Below are positions 52,801 through 64,000 of a DNA stretch of 64,000 nucleotides, one piece after another. The notes under the pieces were generated by a model that saw only the letters and a list, made by a program, of their open reading frames with translations, was not told where the DNA came from and ran no database searches. This stretch comes from Mizuhopecten yessoensis (Eukaryota): contig NW_018403488.1 in NCBI RefSeq assembly GCF_002113885.1, positions 6,260-70,259 on the forward strand. Direction: 5' to 3'. Position 1 is the first letter of the stretch; each line of letters opens with the position of its first letter. A program made the position numbers and the translations under genes.

Positions 52801-55289
52801 TTGGTGTTATATGTATCTGTCTTGGTGTTATATGTATCTGTCTTGGTGTTATATGTATCTGTCTTGGTGTTATATGTATCTGTCTTGGTGTTATATGTAT
52901 CTGTCTTGGTGTTATATGTATCTGTCTTGGTGTTATATGTATCTGTCTTGGTGTTATATGTATCTGTCTTGGTGTTATATGTATCTGTCTTGGTGTTATA
53001 TGTATCTGTCTTGGTGTTATATGTATCTGTCTTGGTGTTATATGTATCTGTCTTGGTGTTATATGTATCTGTCTTGGTGTTATATGTATCTGTCTTGGTG
53101 TTATATGTATCTGTCTTGGTGTTATATGTATCTGTCTTGGTGTTATATGTATCTGTCTTGGTGTTATATGTATCTGTCTTGGTGTTATATGTATCTGTCT
53201 TGGTGTTATATGTATCTGTCTTGGTGTTATATGTATCTGTCTTGGTGTTATATGTATCTGTCTTGGTGTTATATGTATCTGTCTTGGTGTTATATGTATC
53301 TGTCTTGGTGTTATATGTATCTGTCTTGGTGTTATATGTATCTGTCTTGGTGTTATATGTATCTGTCTTGGTGTTATATGTATCTGTCTTGGTGTTATAT
53401 GTATCTGTCTTGGTGTTATATGTATCTGTCTTGGTGTTATATGTATCTGTCTTGGTGTTATATGTATCTGTCTTGGTGTTATATGTATCTGTCTTGGTGT
53501 TATATGTATCTGTCTTGGTGTTATATGTATCTGTCTTGGTGTTATATGTATCTGTCTTGGTGTTATATGTATCTGTCTTGGTGTTATATGTATCTGTCTT
53601 GGTGTTATATGTATCTGTCTTGGTGTTATATGTATCTGTCTTGGTGTTATATGTATCTGTCTTGGTGTTATATGTATCTGTCTTGGTGTTATATGTATCT
53701 GTCTTGGTGTTATATGTATCTGTCTTGGTGTTATATGTATCTGTCTTGGTGTTATATGTATCTGTCTTGGTGTTATATGTATCTGTCTTGGTGTTATATG
53801 TATCTGTCTTGGTGTTATATGTATCTGTCTTGGTGTTATCTGTATCTGTCTTGGTGTTATATGTATCTGTCTTGGTGTTATATGTATCTGTCTTGGTGTT
53901 ATATGTATCTGTCTTGGTGTTATATGTATCTGTCTTGGTGTTATATGTATCTGTCTTGGTGTTATATGTATCTGTCTTGGTGTTATATGTATCTGTCTTG
54001 GTGTTATATGTATCTGTCTTGGTGTTATATGTATCTGTCTTGGTGTTATATGTATCTGTCTTGGTGTTATATGTATCTGTCTTGGTGTTATATGTATCTG
54101 TCTTGGTGTTATATGTATCTGTCTTGGTGTTATATGTATCTGTCTTGGTGTTATATGTATCTGTCTTGGTGTTATATGTATCTGTCTTGGTGTTATATGT
54201 ATCTGTCTTGGTGTTATATGTATCTGTCTTGGTGTTATATGTATCTGTCTTGGTGTTATATGTATCTGTCTTGGTGTTATATGTATCTGTCTTGGTGTTA
54301 TATGTATCTGTCTTGGTGTTATATGTATCTGTCTTGGTGTTATCTGTATCTGTCTTGGTGTTATATGTATCTGTCTTGGTGTTATATGTATTTGTCTTGG
54401 TGTTATATGTATTTGTCTTGGTGTTATATATATCTGTCTTGGTGTTATATGTATCTGTCTTGGTGTTATATGTATCTGTCTTGGTGTTATCTGTATCTCT
54501 CTTGGTGTTACATGTATCTGTCTTGGTGTTATCTGTATCTCTCTTGGTGTTACATGTATCTGTCTTGGTGTTATCTGTATCTCTCTTGGTGTTACATGTA
54601 TCTGTCTTGGTGTTATCTGTATCTCTCTTGGTGTTACATGTATCTGTCTTGGTGTTATCTGTATCTCTCTTGGTGTTACATGTATCTGTCTTGGTGTTAT
54701 CTGTATCTCTCTTGGTGTTACATGTATCTGTCTTGGTGTTATCTGTATCTCTCTTGGTGTTACATGTATCTGTCTTGGTGTTATCTGTATCTCTCTTGGT
54801 GTTACATGTATCTGTCTTGGTGTTATCTGTATCTCTCTTGGTGTTACATGTATCTGTCTTGGTGTTATCTGTATCTCTCTTGGTGTTACATGTATCTCTC
54901 TTGGTGTTACATGTATTTGTCTTGGTGTTACATGTATCTGTCTTGGTGTTATCTGTATCTCTCTTGGTGTTACATGTATCTCTCTTGGTGTTACATGTAT
55001 CTGTCTTGGTGTTACATGTATCTGTCTTGGTGTTATATGTTAACCACGCCATGCTTTTATTTACGAGCTCATTTCAGATTTAGTCTCGACGCTTATTTTA
55101 GCATTGTAAAGTAGCCACTAGTCATGAGTGCATTATATTCAACAATGTTCAATTCTTGTCGGATGATGTTGGACTTTTGAATGTGCATTGTTCTTTAACT
55201 GCTCTGAGGTCTGCCAAGGCACTTAATCATTGTATAACATGTTTGTACAGGACCTGTGTGGTGACAGAATTGATTGAATGGCCCTCGTA
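49864..55289 (-). mobile_element. Internally deleted, degenerate mariner element expanded by a 4.5-kb minisatellite
   Basis: 29-bp ends TATGAGGGTCATTCAATAAATTGTGTCAC and GTGACAGAATTGATTGAATGGCCCTCGTA (4 mismatches, TA termini). Minus-strand remnant KIRTVYR*VNKLKNGKNDIKDNTRKGRP contains a mariner-type GRP motif. Confidence 0.88.
50498..55040. repeat. 21-bp minisatellite, about 215 units
   Basis: Unit ATGTATCTGTCTTGGTGTTAT, almost invariant; 42-bp dimer variants at 54480-55020. Confidence 0.99.
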
Positions 55290-55830
55290 CAAAGCAAAAA
55301 CATCCTTTTGATAAATTTGTAAGCAATAGAGTTTCAATCGCTTTTTGCGTTGAGTACTTTGTGCCGGTGCACATTACGGTGTTATGGTAGTGTTTTTTGC
55401 ACAGTTAAGTGGCCAATCAAAAAGCTGCATTGATTGTGAAAATTACAAAAGAACGAATCGTTATGATTCGATTATGATGGTACATGTATTTTTATATATT
55501 TTAATTGTCTAGTGGAGCGTAATGTGACACACTATTGCCGATTATTTCTGTCACTTTAGTTTTCATGTTTTCCTTTACACTTGTTTTAAGGTGACTATTC
55601 CCTTTTTTTATTCAAGAATACATATATCAGCTCGTTTGGTGATATCCTACAGTGACGTAAACTTACAGATTGTGGGATCCAATACAGTTTAAGGTTTGAT
55701 GTGATCAATCAACAGATAAAATATAACTACATGCTTTGCAAACCACTGTTACAGTTTTTGTTATACTGTACGTACACGTTTAAATAGAAAGCTCCAGCTC
55801 TACGGAATCGATGAACCACAAGCAGGCCTG

Positions 55831-56130
55831 CATATATATGTACTTATATCGGTTTCACCTTCAGTCATAGACATATATATGTACTTATATCGGTTTCACC
55901 TTCAGTCATAGACATATATATGTACTTATATCGGTTTCACCTTCAGTCATAGACATACATAATGTACTTATATCGGTTTCACCTTCAGTCATAGACATAT
56001 ATATGTACTTATATCGGTTTCACCTTCAGTCATAGACATATATATATGTACTTATATCGGTTTCACCTTCAGTCATAGACATACATAATGTACTTATATC
56101 GGTTTCACCTTCAGTCATAGACGTATATAT
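55831..56130. repeat. 41-bp minisatellite, about 7 units
   Basis: Unit CATATATATGTACTTATATCGGTTTCACCTTCAGTCATAGA. Confidence 0.95.
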
Positions 56131-56664
56131 CACCTTACTGAAACTAGGCTTCACTATATCCACATAGATGTGAGCGCGGGACGATTCCATTGCGAGGGGT
56201 TGTTTGGCTGTTATCCGAAGGTAATCAAACAGTTACACAATGGTTTCGCAGAGAAATTGCATTTTGTTACTAAATAATTTCTAAAATACTTTCTAATGTA
56301 GAAATTAAAAGAATAGACCTAAACCTAAATACAGACAATGGTAGGAATAAACAGAAACGGTCGCAGAATGTATCATATTTTTACTGATAATAGCCAGTTA
56401 TGTGTATAGAATTGACACGATATATCCTTGCCATGTAGACATGCTCCGGGTGTCCGTATAAGCACGTTAATATACACTTTTCATCATCGAATCTCCACCT
56501 GCCGTACTATCATAGTATGATACCAATCAGCACTTCGTGTAAGCATGGTGTGTAGACATTCACAATAGAAATCTCTATTCATATATACTACTGGACTGCC
56601 TTTATTGGCCTCTGTGATACAAATAAAGGTAGCATTTCTTAAAGAATCTAAAGCACGTTTCTGT

Positions 56665-56817
56665 CCAGTGGGTTCTTGGGGCTTCAGGAAACCCCCCTAC
56701 CAAGAGAATTTTCTTTAAAAATTATGTATTTTCACCAGTTTCCTCAATTTTCCCCACTTGGACCCCCCCTGGAAATTTGGAACTCCACCCCCAGATAGGT
56801 CTCTGGATCCGCCACTG
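56665..56817. mobile_element. Short MITE remnant
   Basis: Ends CTGGATCCGCCACTG, related to the termini of 44478-45391; degenerate left end CAGTGGGTTCTTG. Confidence 0.5.
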
Positions 56818-57271
56818 CTGTCTGTAAGACAGATTACATTTTTACACGTTTCCAATTATCTCACTTTGAGATGGATTTTTCAAATTATCAATGACGTTTT
56901 CATAAATCTGTCGGCACTTCTGGGCGGGTTAAATCGTCCATGAGATACATTTTGCAATGAAGATTGTGAAAGTCTGAATGGAAATAGATACTTTGTAGAA
57001 TTGGAAAACATAATTGACTAAATTTCTGTATGGGTGATATCTCGTAGAATTCGTCAGTATTTTGAATAATTCTCGACGTCGTTTCTTAACAACAAATCGT
57101 CCCTTCATGAAACATGAGCCAAGTTAACACAGTCTTTACTTAATTAAAATCAATGAAACAAAGCGTATTGAGTACTTCCTTGACGTTTTCAATTACGAAG
57201 ATAATTACTTGTTGGTTATTTCAAGAACATTCCATATGCAGTTTTAAAAATAGAGCTTTTAGGACTGATAT

Positions 57272-57299
57272 TTTATTAATCAATATTTATTCATTTATT
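57272..57299 (-). terminator. Candidate polyadenylation signals of the Ser-rich gene
   Basis: Three TTTATT on + (AATAAA on -), about 230-250 nt downstream of the stop at 57525. Confidence 0.5.
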
Positions 57300-57524
57300 T
57301 CATGTACAATATTTTTATCTTCCCAGTACAAAATAATCATGATATTACAGGTAGACGTATTAGTATGTATCATCATTTTACGCAATCGGAACCATGGATG
57401 AAAACACGATCATCATACCATACATAAGACATTAATAACCGATAATAATGGTTACTCCACTCCATATCGTTACAAATACACACACACCAGTATGTTATGT
57501 CAGGGACGACGGAGTGGAAGGGAT

Positions 57525-59722
57525 TCATTGTCGCTTTCTCCGGACACCGTTATCCGGCTCCTCATCTGTACTCTTACTTGAATCGTTATCGTCAGTGTCA
57601 TCATCCTCTTCTCCCACACTACCATTCCCAATAATTCTAGAGGAGGACTCCTCTCTTGAATCGGATTCGTTACTTACGTCAACATCGTTCTTGTCATCTT
57701 CTTCGCTGCTCTCATTATCATCACTACTTTCATCATAATTTTCATCAAAGTCATCGTAATCGGTATGGAATAGATGGTTGTCGATTCCCATATCGTTTTC
57801 GTCTGAAGAGTCGTATAAATTAATGATATCTTTAGGATTCTCTTTACCGGTTTTTGATATGCTATTGCTTACATGAACATGTCCGTCGTCACCACCCTTG
57901 CTCCTGGCCTTTCTACTACTACTCATCATAGAGGCCCGCCATTCTCTGATGTCGTGGTCGTCGTTTCTTCTTCTACGCGTCTGTCTATCGTCATTATTAC
58001 CTGATATATCTAATCCATTATTGCTTCGATTTTTCTTTCGTAGACGTTCAAGATTTTTCGATTTGTATTTAAGATATTTCTGGCGATATTTGGAATATTT
58101 GTCAAGGTATCGATAACGTGTACTTAGACGACCGTACTTATCGCCGTCGTCTTCGTTGCTGTGGTTACTACCGCTGTCACTACTACTTTCAGTACGACTG
58201 TTGTCACTGTTGTCACTTTTACTATTACTTTTCATTCGACTGTTTTCACTATTTATACTTTCATTCCTTGTACTGCTGTCACTATCACTGTTACCGTCAC
58301 TACCACTGTCTTTGCTATCGCCACTTTCACTACTAGTATCTTCGCTATTGCTATCAGTTTCTATACTGTTGTCGCTTTTGTCACTATCAGTGTTACTATC
58401 GACGCTATTACTATAACCGTCTCTACTGTTTTCACTATTGCTACTTTCACTGTTACTGTCACTTTCGCTTTGACTATTTTCACTACTTCTGCTTTCACTA
58501 CCTGTATAACTGTCACTATTACCACTTTGTCCAATGCGACTGTTTTCACTGCTACTACGTTCACTGTTACTTCTACTTCCGATTCTACTAAATTCACTGC
58601 TACCACTTTCACTACCACTTTCTCTACCACTTTCACTATCACTTACACTACCACTTTCACTACCACTTTCACTATCACTTTCACTACCACTTTCACTACC
58701 ACTTTCACTACCACTTTCACTACCACTTTCACTATCACTTTCACTATCACTATCACTATCACTTTCACTATCACTTTCACTACCACTTCCACTACCACTT
58801 TCACTACAACTTTCACTATTACGGCTACTTTCTACGCGACTGTTTTCACTATAGCTACTTTCACTTCTGCTACTTTCACTATTACGGCTATTTTCACTAC
58901 TTCTGCTTTCACTACCTGTATTACTGTCACTATTTCCACTTTGTCCAATGCGACTGTTTTCACTGCTACTACTTTGACTACTTGTAATACTTTCACTATT
59001 ACTATTGCTTTCGACACTACTGTTTTCACTATTGTCACTTTCACTGTTTTCGCTACTTCTATTTTCACTATTACTTCTATTTTCACTATTACTTCTACTT
59101 TCACTATTACTTCTACTTTCACTTTTACTTTCAACACGACTGTTTTCACCATTGTCACTTTCAGTATTGCTTCTTTCACTATCGCTACTTCTTTCAATAC
59201 GACTGTTACTATTACGCTTACTTTCTTCACGACTCTTTTCATTACTGCTACTGTCAGCACTACGGCTATTTTCAACCCCACTGTTTTCACTACTACCTAT
59301 TTCACTATTACTTTTACTTTTGGTACGATTGTTTTCGTCGCTTCTGCTTTCACGGTTACTCTCAATATGACTGTTTTCGCTATTGTCACTTTCACTACGA
59401 CTACTTTCACTACTTTCATTACGACTGTTTCCATGTCTGTCACTGTCACTACTACTATCCTCAATACGACTGTTTTCGCGATCATTACTCTCACTACCAA
59501 CACTTTGTGATGTTGTACTACTCTCCCTGCTGCTGCTACTGTCGGTCGTAACCTTATTAGTGTAACCGTTGTTAATATCTTCATTGCCGCTATCTCTATT
59601 CGAGCTGTCCTTGTTATCAGTGATTGTCTTCTTGGGGACACATTGCTTTTTCACAATTGTTTCTTTCCTCCTTGATTTTTCATCAATCTTGTTATTTCTG
59701 TCCTTTCTTCTCCTATTCTTTC
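57525..59722 (-). CDS. Last coding exon of a Ser/Glu/Asn/Asp-rich low-complexity protein (DSPP-like in composition)
   Basis: 2.2-kb open frame; acceptor TTCCTCAACTATAG|GA is in phase with the donor at 60046; SESG and SNSESR repeats; ends GVRRKRQ*. Confidence 0.85.
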
Positions 59723-60046
59723 CTATAGTTGAGGAACATATGTATATATTATGCAAAACAATGAAGTGATTACAGCAAGTTATGTTATCAATTAACATAT
59801 TCACACGTATTTAGTATGGTTCAAATGTTACAAGTATTTAATGGTTTTAACAACTCAACGATACTCCTGAACAGCTTTGGCTTTCAAAAGAAGACCACAT
59901 ATATAAAGAACATGAACTTTCTTTCAAAATATTCCATTTCCAATAATCAGACCTGTGTAAGTATTCAGAACCCTAACAAAATTTAACGTAAATCTTTAAA
60001 TCAAACAAACGTATCATAACACGTGACTGTTAAAACGGCTACTTAC

Positions 60047-60400
60047 TCGCCATTTTCTTCCTCGTCATTCGTCTGCCGGAAGTACGTGCCGAATACCTAG
60101 GTGATGGCTTCTGTCGTCGCCGGGGTCTGTCGGAAGATCTGACCTTGTAAATCATTTTCGATCTTGTCTTATGAACAAAAGACGTCCTTGACCTTGATCT
60201 GTTGTTACGTCGCCTTGATGGTCTATACCGTCTGTTCCTGTATGGAATGGGAGCGTCCAAGTAAGGGAAATCTGACATTGGTTCGTCCGGGTGGGCAGCA
60301 AGTATCTCATATCCGGTATTACCGGTCAAGCCCGACTTCACGATGTCTGGTAGAGGAGTAGCGAGAACGTTGGTATGCCTGTTACTTTCAGTCGTCTGGC
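60047..60400 (-). CDS. Internal exon of the same gene (Arg-rich)
   Basis: TTTCGTCATGTTCCCAG|GC ... GCGA|GTAAGT; 354 nt, phase 1-1; encodes GQTTESNRH...RRYRPSRRRNNRSRSR...RKKMA. Confidence 0.8.
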
Positions 60401-60640
60401 CTGGGAACATGACGAAACGATCATAACAATTACTCTATCACACACCAGTAGCTATGGAACCAGCCTTATGGGACAATCGTAAACGATTCATTGTAAGGAA
60501 TGCAAGCTTCGAACGCTCTCTGAAAGGAGTTTACGGTGGCAGGCGTTTTACGAACTCTATACATATTCAATCTTTCCCTTAATGAATGAGAACAAAACTG
60601 CACTTTAAACTCCAAACTGTTATAAGGGTATTTTTTATTT

Positions 60641-61678
60641 AAACTAGAACACTGACAGGTCAGTAAGGGCTCCGTCTTGTGGCAATATATCCCCCATAAT
60701 CATCAAGAAGCAATCTGCCCATATAGCTGAGCTTGATGTTTGATATGTGGACTTCAAAAAGAATCGCAAGGAAGCAAAATATACATTTTACATGTACTAT
60801 GATGGGAGTCTTGTTTCCTTCCACCTCCATATTGGCTGGGCTAACAGAAATGTAAATACCGGTGCAATGCTCATTTGTTAGCTTTGATTTGTTTTATTTC
60901 ACCTTATATACCTCCTCCATCAAGAGCCAGGGTCAAAGTCAGAGATCCACTTTGTCTTTGACCTTTGGACCCAAATGACCTTCACCATTAACCCAGTGAC
61001 CCTGATCTTTGGTCAGTTGACTTATTCTTTAATTCCGACCAACTTTGCTCCTTAATATCATAACAAAATGTTCATCAGTGAAAAGATGTAAAATTTGACC
61101 TTGACCCTTGAACCTAATGACCTTGACCTTTGGTCAATTGACTCCTTGTTTAATCTGAGTTACATTGCTTCAAAGTGTCATAGCGAAATGTTCACTTGTG
61201 AACAGATACAAAATTTAACGTTGACCTTTGACCCAATGACCTTCACCTTTGATCAGTTGACCCCTTGTTTAATTCTGATCAACTTTGCTTCATAATGTCA
61301 TAACAAAATGTTCATCAGTGAAAAGATGTAAAATTTGACCTTGACCCTTGAACCTAATGACCTTGACCTTTGACCTCGACTTTTTACCTCGGTGTGTCTC
61401 TTTGTTTAATTTCGAACAACTTTGCTCCATAATGTCATAGCGAAATGTTCACCAGTGAAAAGCTACAAAATTTGACCTTGACCCCTGGCCCGATGACCTT
61501 GGCCTTTGGTCAGTTGACTCCTTGTTTAATTCTGCTCAACTTTGCTTCATAATGTCATAACAAAATGTTCATCAGTGAAAAGATGTAAAATTTGACCTTG
61601 ACCTTTGAACCTAATGACCTTGACCTTTGACCTTGACTTTTTACCTCAATGTGTATTTTTGTGAACTAGACAGACAGA

Positions 61679-61710
<32 letters not shown>

Positions 61711-61730
61711 CCGATACGGGGCCCTAATTA
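60641..61730. mobile_element. HINE / pearl-type (Helentron-associated) non-autonomous element in an intron
   Basis: AAACTAGA start; subterminal inverted repeats AGGGCTCCGT (about 60667) and ACGGGGCCCT (about 61716); about 120-bp tandem core repeats rich in TGACCTTTGACC (60950-61650); (GTCT)n microsatellite at 61678-61710. Confidence 0.75.
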
Positions 61731-61737
61731 GCCTTAC

Positions 61738-61887
61738 CGTCTTCCTTGAACATTTCCTCTACTGACGGGTTGTTCTCGAAAAACTGCAATACCTCTAATT
61801 TTAATACGTCAACGCCTGACAGATAACCCGGATCTGCCTGATTACGGGCTGAATGAATAGCTGGCTGGTGATTGGCTGGCTGAATAT
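61738..61887 (-). CDS. Internal exon of the same gene (not in the ORF track)
   Basis: TGTCTATTGCAG|AT ... GACG|GTAAGG; 150 nt, phase 1-1, open; encodes NIQPANHQPAIHSARNQADPGYLSGVDVLKLEVLQFFENNPSVEEMFKED. Confidence 0.8.
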
Positions 61888-62330
61888 CTGCAATAGACAC
61901 AAGTCAAATTTATCGTGCATATGATGACAAATGTTCCTTACGCGTAATTACATTTTCTTCCACCGATCAGCAAAGCCACACATAGGATCAAAATTGAAAC
62001 AGGAATTAATCTTTACTTTCCTATCTAAAAAACTATGATATACGTTGTATAAATGTATATAATTGTATAAGAATCTTTGAATCTACATATTTCATTAACC
62101 AGTCTGTAGTTAAAAAAAAGAAACAGAACAAGCATAAAAAAACTGCATATTTTTGATAGATGTTTAACTTTTAAAAGGCTGGGGTTTTAAATTATTTTCA
62201 AACCAGACCAGTGTAATCTACAGAAAAAATAATATTACACATAACATTTTACTCTCCCAATTTTGGATGGGCTTAGAATGCCAATACGTTTCTGTTATAC
62301 AAACTGGTGTGTAGATTCGAGCAATCTTAC

Positions 62331-62646
62331 TTCCGCTCGTTGGACTTTTAGACGGACTGTCGACAGATATGAACTGCTTGAGTCGTGCCAGAATGGCTGG
62401 AACGTTTGTTTCAGGTTTCGAAATCTTTTCGGGTTCATTTGTCAGACAGTCATCTCCATTCGTCTCTCCTTTCGTCACTTCATCGGTGAAATAATTATCT
62501 AACGATATTCCTAAGTCTTCGAACCTTTTCTTTAACACCATGATATAATCAGTAACTTCTGTCTTACTCATCTGTGGTCCCTCAGGTTTAGCAGTCGGTT
62601 CCGTCGTCCAACGTCCACTCGCAGGTATGTCATCACTTGTTGAGTC
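62331..62646 (-). CDS. Most upstream identifiable coding exon of the same gene; true 5' end unresolved
   Basis: ATTTATATAG|GAC ... GGAA|GTAAGA; open; encodes DSTSDDIPASGRWTTEPTAKPEGPQMSKTEVTDYIMVLKKRFEDLG...SPTSG; its phase-1 donor fits the next exon. Confidence 0.75.
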
Positions 62647-64000
62647 CTATATAAATATAGATCGATACTTTACAGTTTTTCCATCTTAAATTGTATAAGA
62701 TGAAATTGAAGAATGCTAGATACTGCGTGACAAATTCGTTTTATGTTCACACATATATATATCTCCTTTCTTCAAGAAGGATATACTCACTCCAAGGTAG
62801 GAAAACACCGATCAGTCAGGGAACCTACATTTGAATATTTAGAAACACCGACCAATACACAGTCATCTCCAGAAAACATTTTCACATAATATATTTTATA
62901 TTTGACTTTCTAACCTGTGATACTATAATGTTATCTGTGTTAGGCGACTACCTTAATCTAATGTTTATCTGTGTGTATTTGTGTTATGTATCATATTTTT
63001 CACTCATGTTGTAAATATTATATATTTTATGTCGACCACACCCATTGTGGGATGAGTCCTTGACTCAATGTGTTATCGAATTTAAATAAAATATCTATTA
63101 TTATTCTCTAACGTTAACCTTTTGAAGAAACATATTCGAATCCCTACGTATGTATAAGCAGTAATGAGGTCGCCATGAATATTAATTACAAAGAGTAAGA
63201 CACACATCTGACGTGGTTTTGTTCACGCATACAGATAAACGTAGCCAAGATCATATGTAACTTAGACAGTTTGTCGTCACCACCCGGGGCATTTCACTTG
63301 CCGAGATGTGAAAATGTCAGATGTAACGCACAAAAAGAAGCCATAGGCCGAGACAATTTACAAACAAGTAAAGTCCAATGGTATTTTGAAAACAGTCATA
63401 TGATCGGTCAACTCTCTAAGCAGTGATCGACACCGCTACAGCTTGTTTCCAATACTATCAAATACTCATCAAAATGTTTTATCATCTCTGCTCTAGTACC
63501 TATGGGTCTTACACATTCTTAACCGTTTACAGTCATCATTTATTATTTATCATGCATTGTACAATTGAACAAAATGCAAAATATACCGATCACAAGTAAA
63601 ATGCCTAGTGAACCATATTTGCACAAGAGCATGCCGGGTGTTTCATAGTTCATGTTTCATGATGAAAATCTGTGTTTTATCATGAATTGGTACATTTTAT
63701 ACATACACTTTTATTTTTTAAGGTAATGTCTAGAAATCATTTGAAACAAACTTTATTCCTTTAAAAAAGCACATTTTGTTCAATACAGTTTCGTATAATT
63801 AACATCCATTTGGGTTGTAATTATTCTGATTACGAAAGTCTAAAATACATAAGAAAACAACAATCGATTTTCCCTTCATGTCAAAAATAGTTTTTAAGAT
63901 GCGAGGTGTCAGGGACGCGGTCCAGCAGGTTATCGTATTGACACGACAGATTTATTTGGGAATATTTCCTAGCCGTGATTTACACCCTTTGTGTGGTGAG

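Noticed and set aside
50418-55114. Four ORFs of about 1500 aa (YNTKTDT, VSVLVLY, ICICLGV and MYLSWCY repeats)
   Set aside because: They result from a stop-free 21-bp unit inside a dead mariner; there is no unique coding sequence and they overlap on both strands.
57898-59769. Thr-rich 449-aa and Leu/Ser-rich plus-strand ORFs
   Set aside because: Antisense shadows of the low-complexity minus-strand exon, which has phase-compatible splice sites and polyA signals.
60039-60410. Stand-alone protamine-like or viral core protein (endogenous virus)
   Set aside because: Bounded by canonical acceptor and donor sites that join neighbouring exons in frame; no viral hallmark genes nearby.
62791-62824. 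Possible 34-nt upstream exon (TGTAG|...|GTGAGT) of the Ser-rich gene
   Set aside because: It has a stop in the frame needed to join the acceptor at 62646; it could be 5' UTR, but this cannot be supported from sequence alone.

Overview
AT-rich eukaryotic DNA with GT-AG introns and an N-gap at 3316-3493. The SINE, HINE and Penelope repertoire suggests a bivalve mollusc (inference). Most of the window (about 1-56200) is an old tandem duplication: copy A runs from before position 1 to about 24660, and copy B from about 27000 to 56200. Each copy carries a 4-exon Rv2258c-like class I SAM-dependent methyltransferase gene. Copy B is complete (27051-33987, 347 aa); exon 1 of copy A lies outside the window. 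About a third of the window is minisatellite arrays. Comparing the two copies shows that several arrays grew in place from single-copy local sequence. One array amplifies the exon-2 splice acceptor itself (repeated AG|GTATGT junctions), and another amplifies 7 codons of a dead mariner transposase about 215-fold. Exon 4 is nearly identical between the copies while everything around it has diverged. At the right end, three separate ORF-track fragments and one unlisted exon splice in frame into one minus-strand gene of about 1005 aa, with alternating Arg/Lys-rich and Ser/Glu/Asp-rich blocks. Also present: a Penelope-like insertion with a hammerhead ribozyme, tRNA-derived SINEs, MITEs and a HINE-type element. 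The very long ORFs in the ORF track are repeat artefacts. All alignments and difference counts were made by eye.
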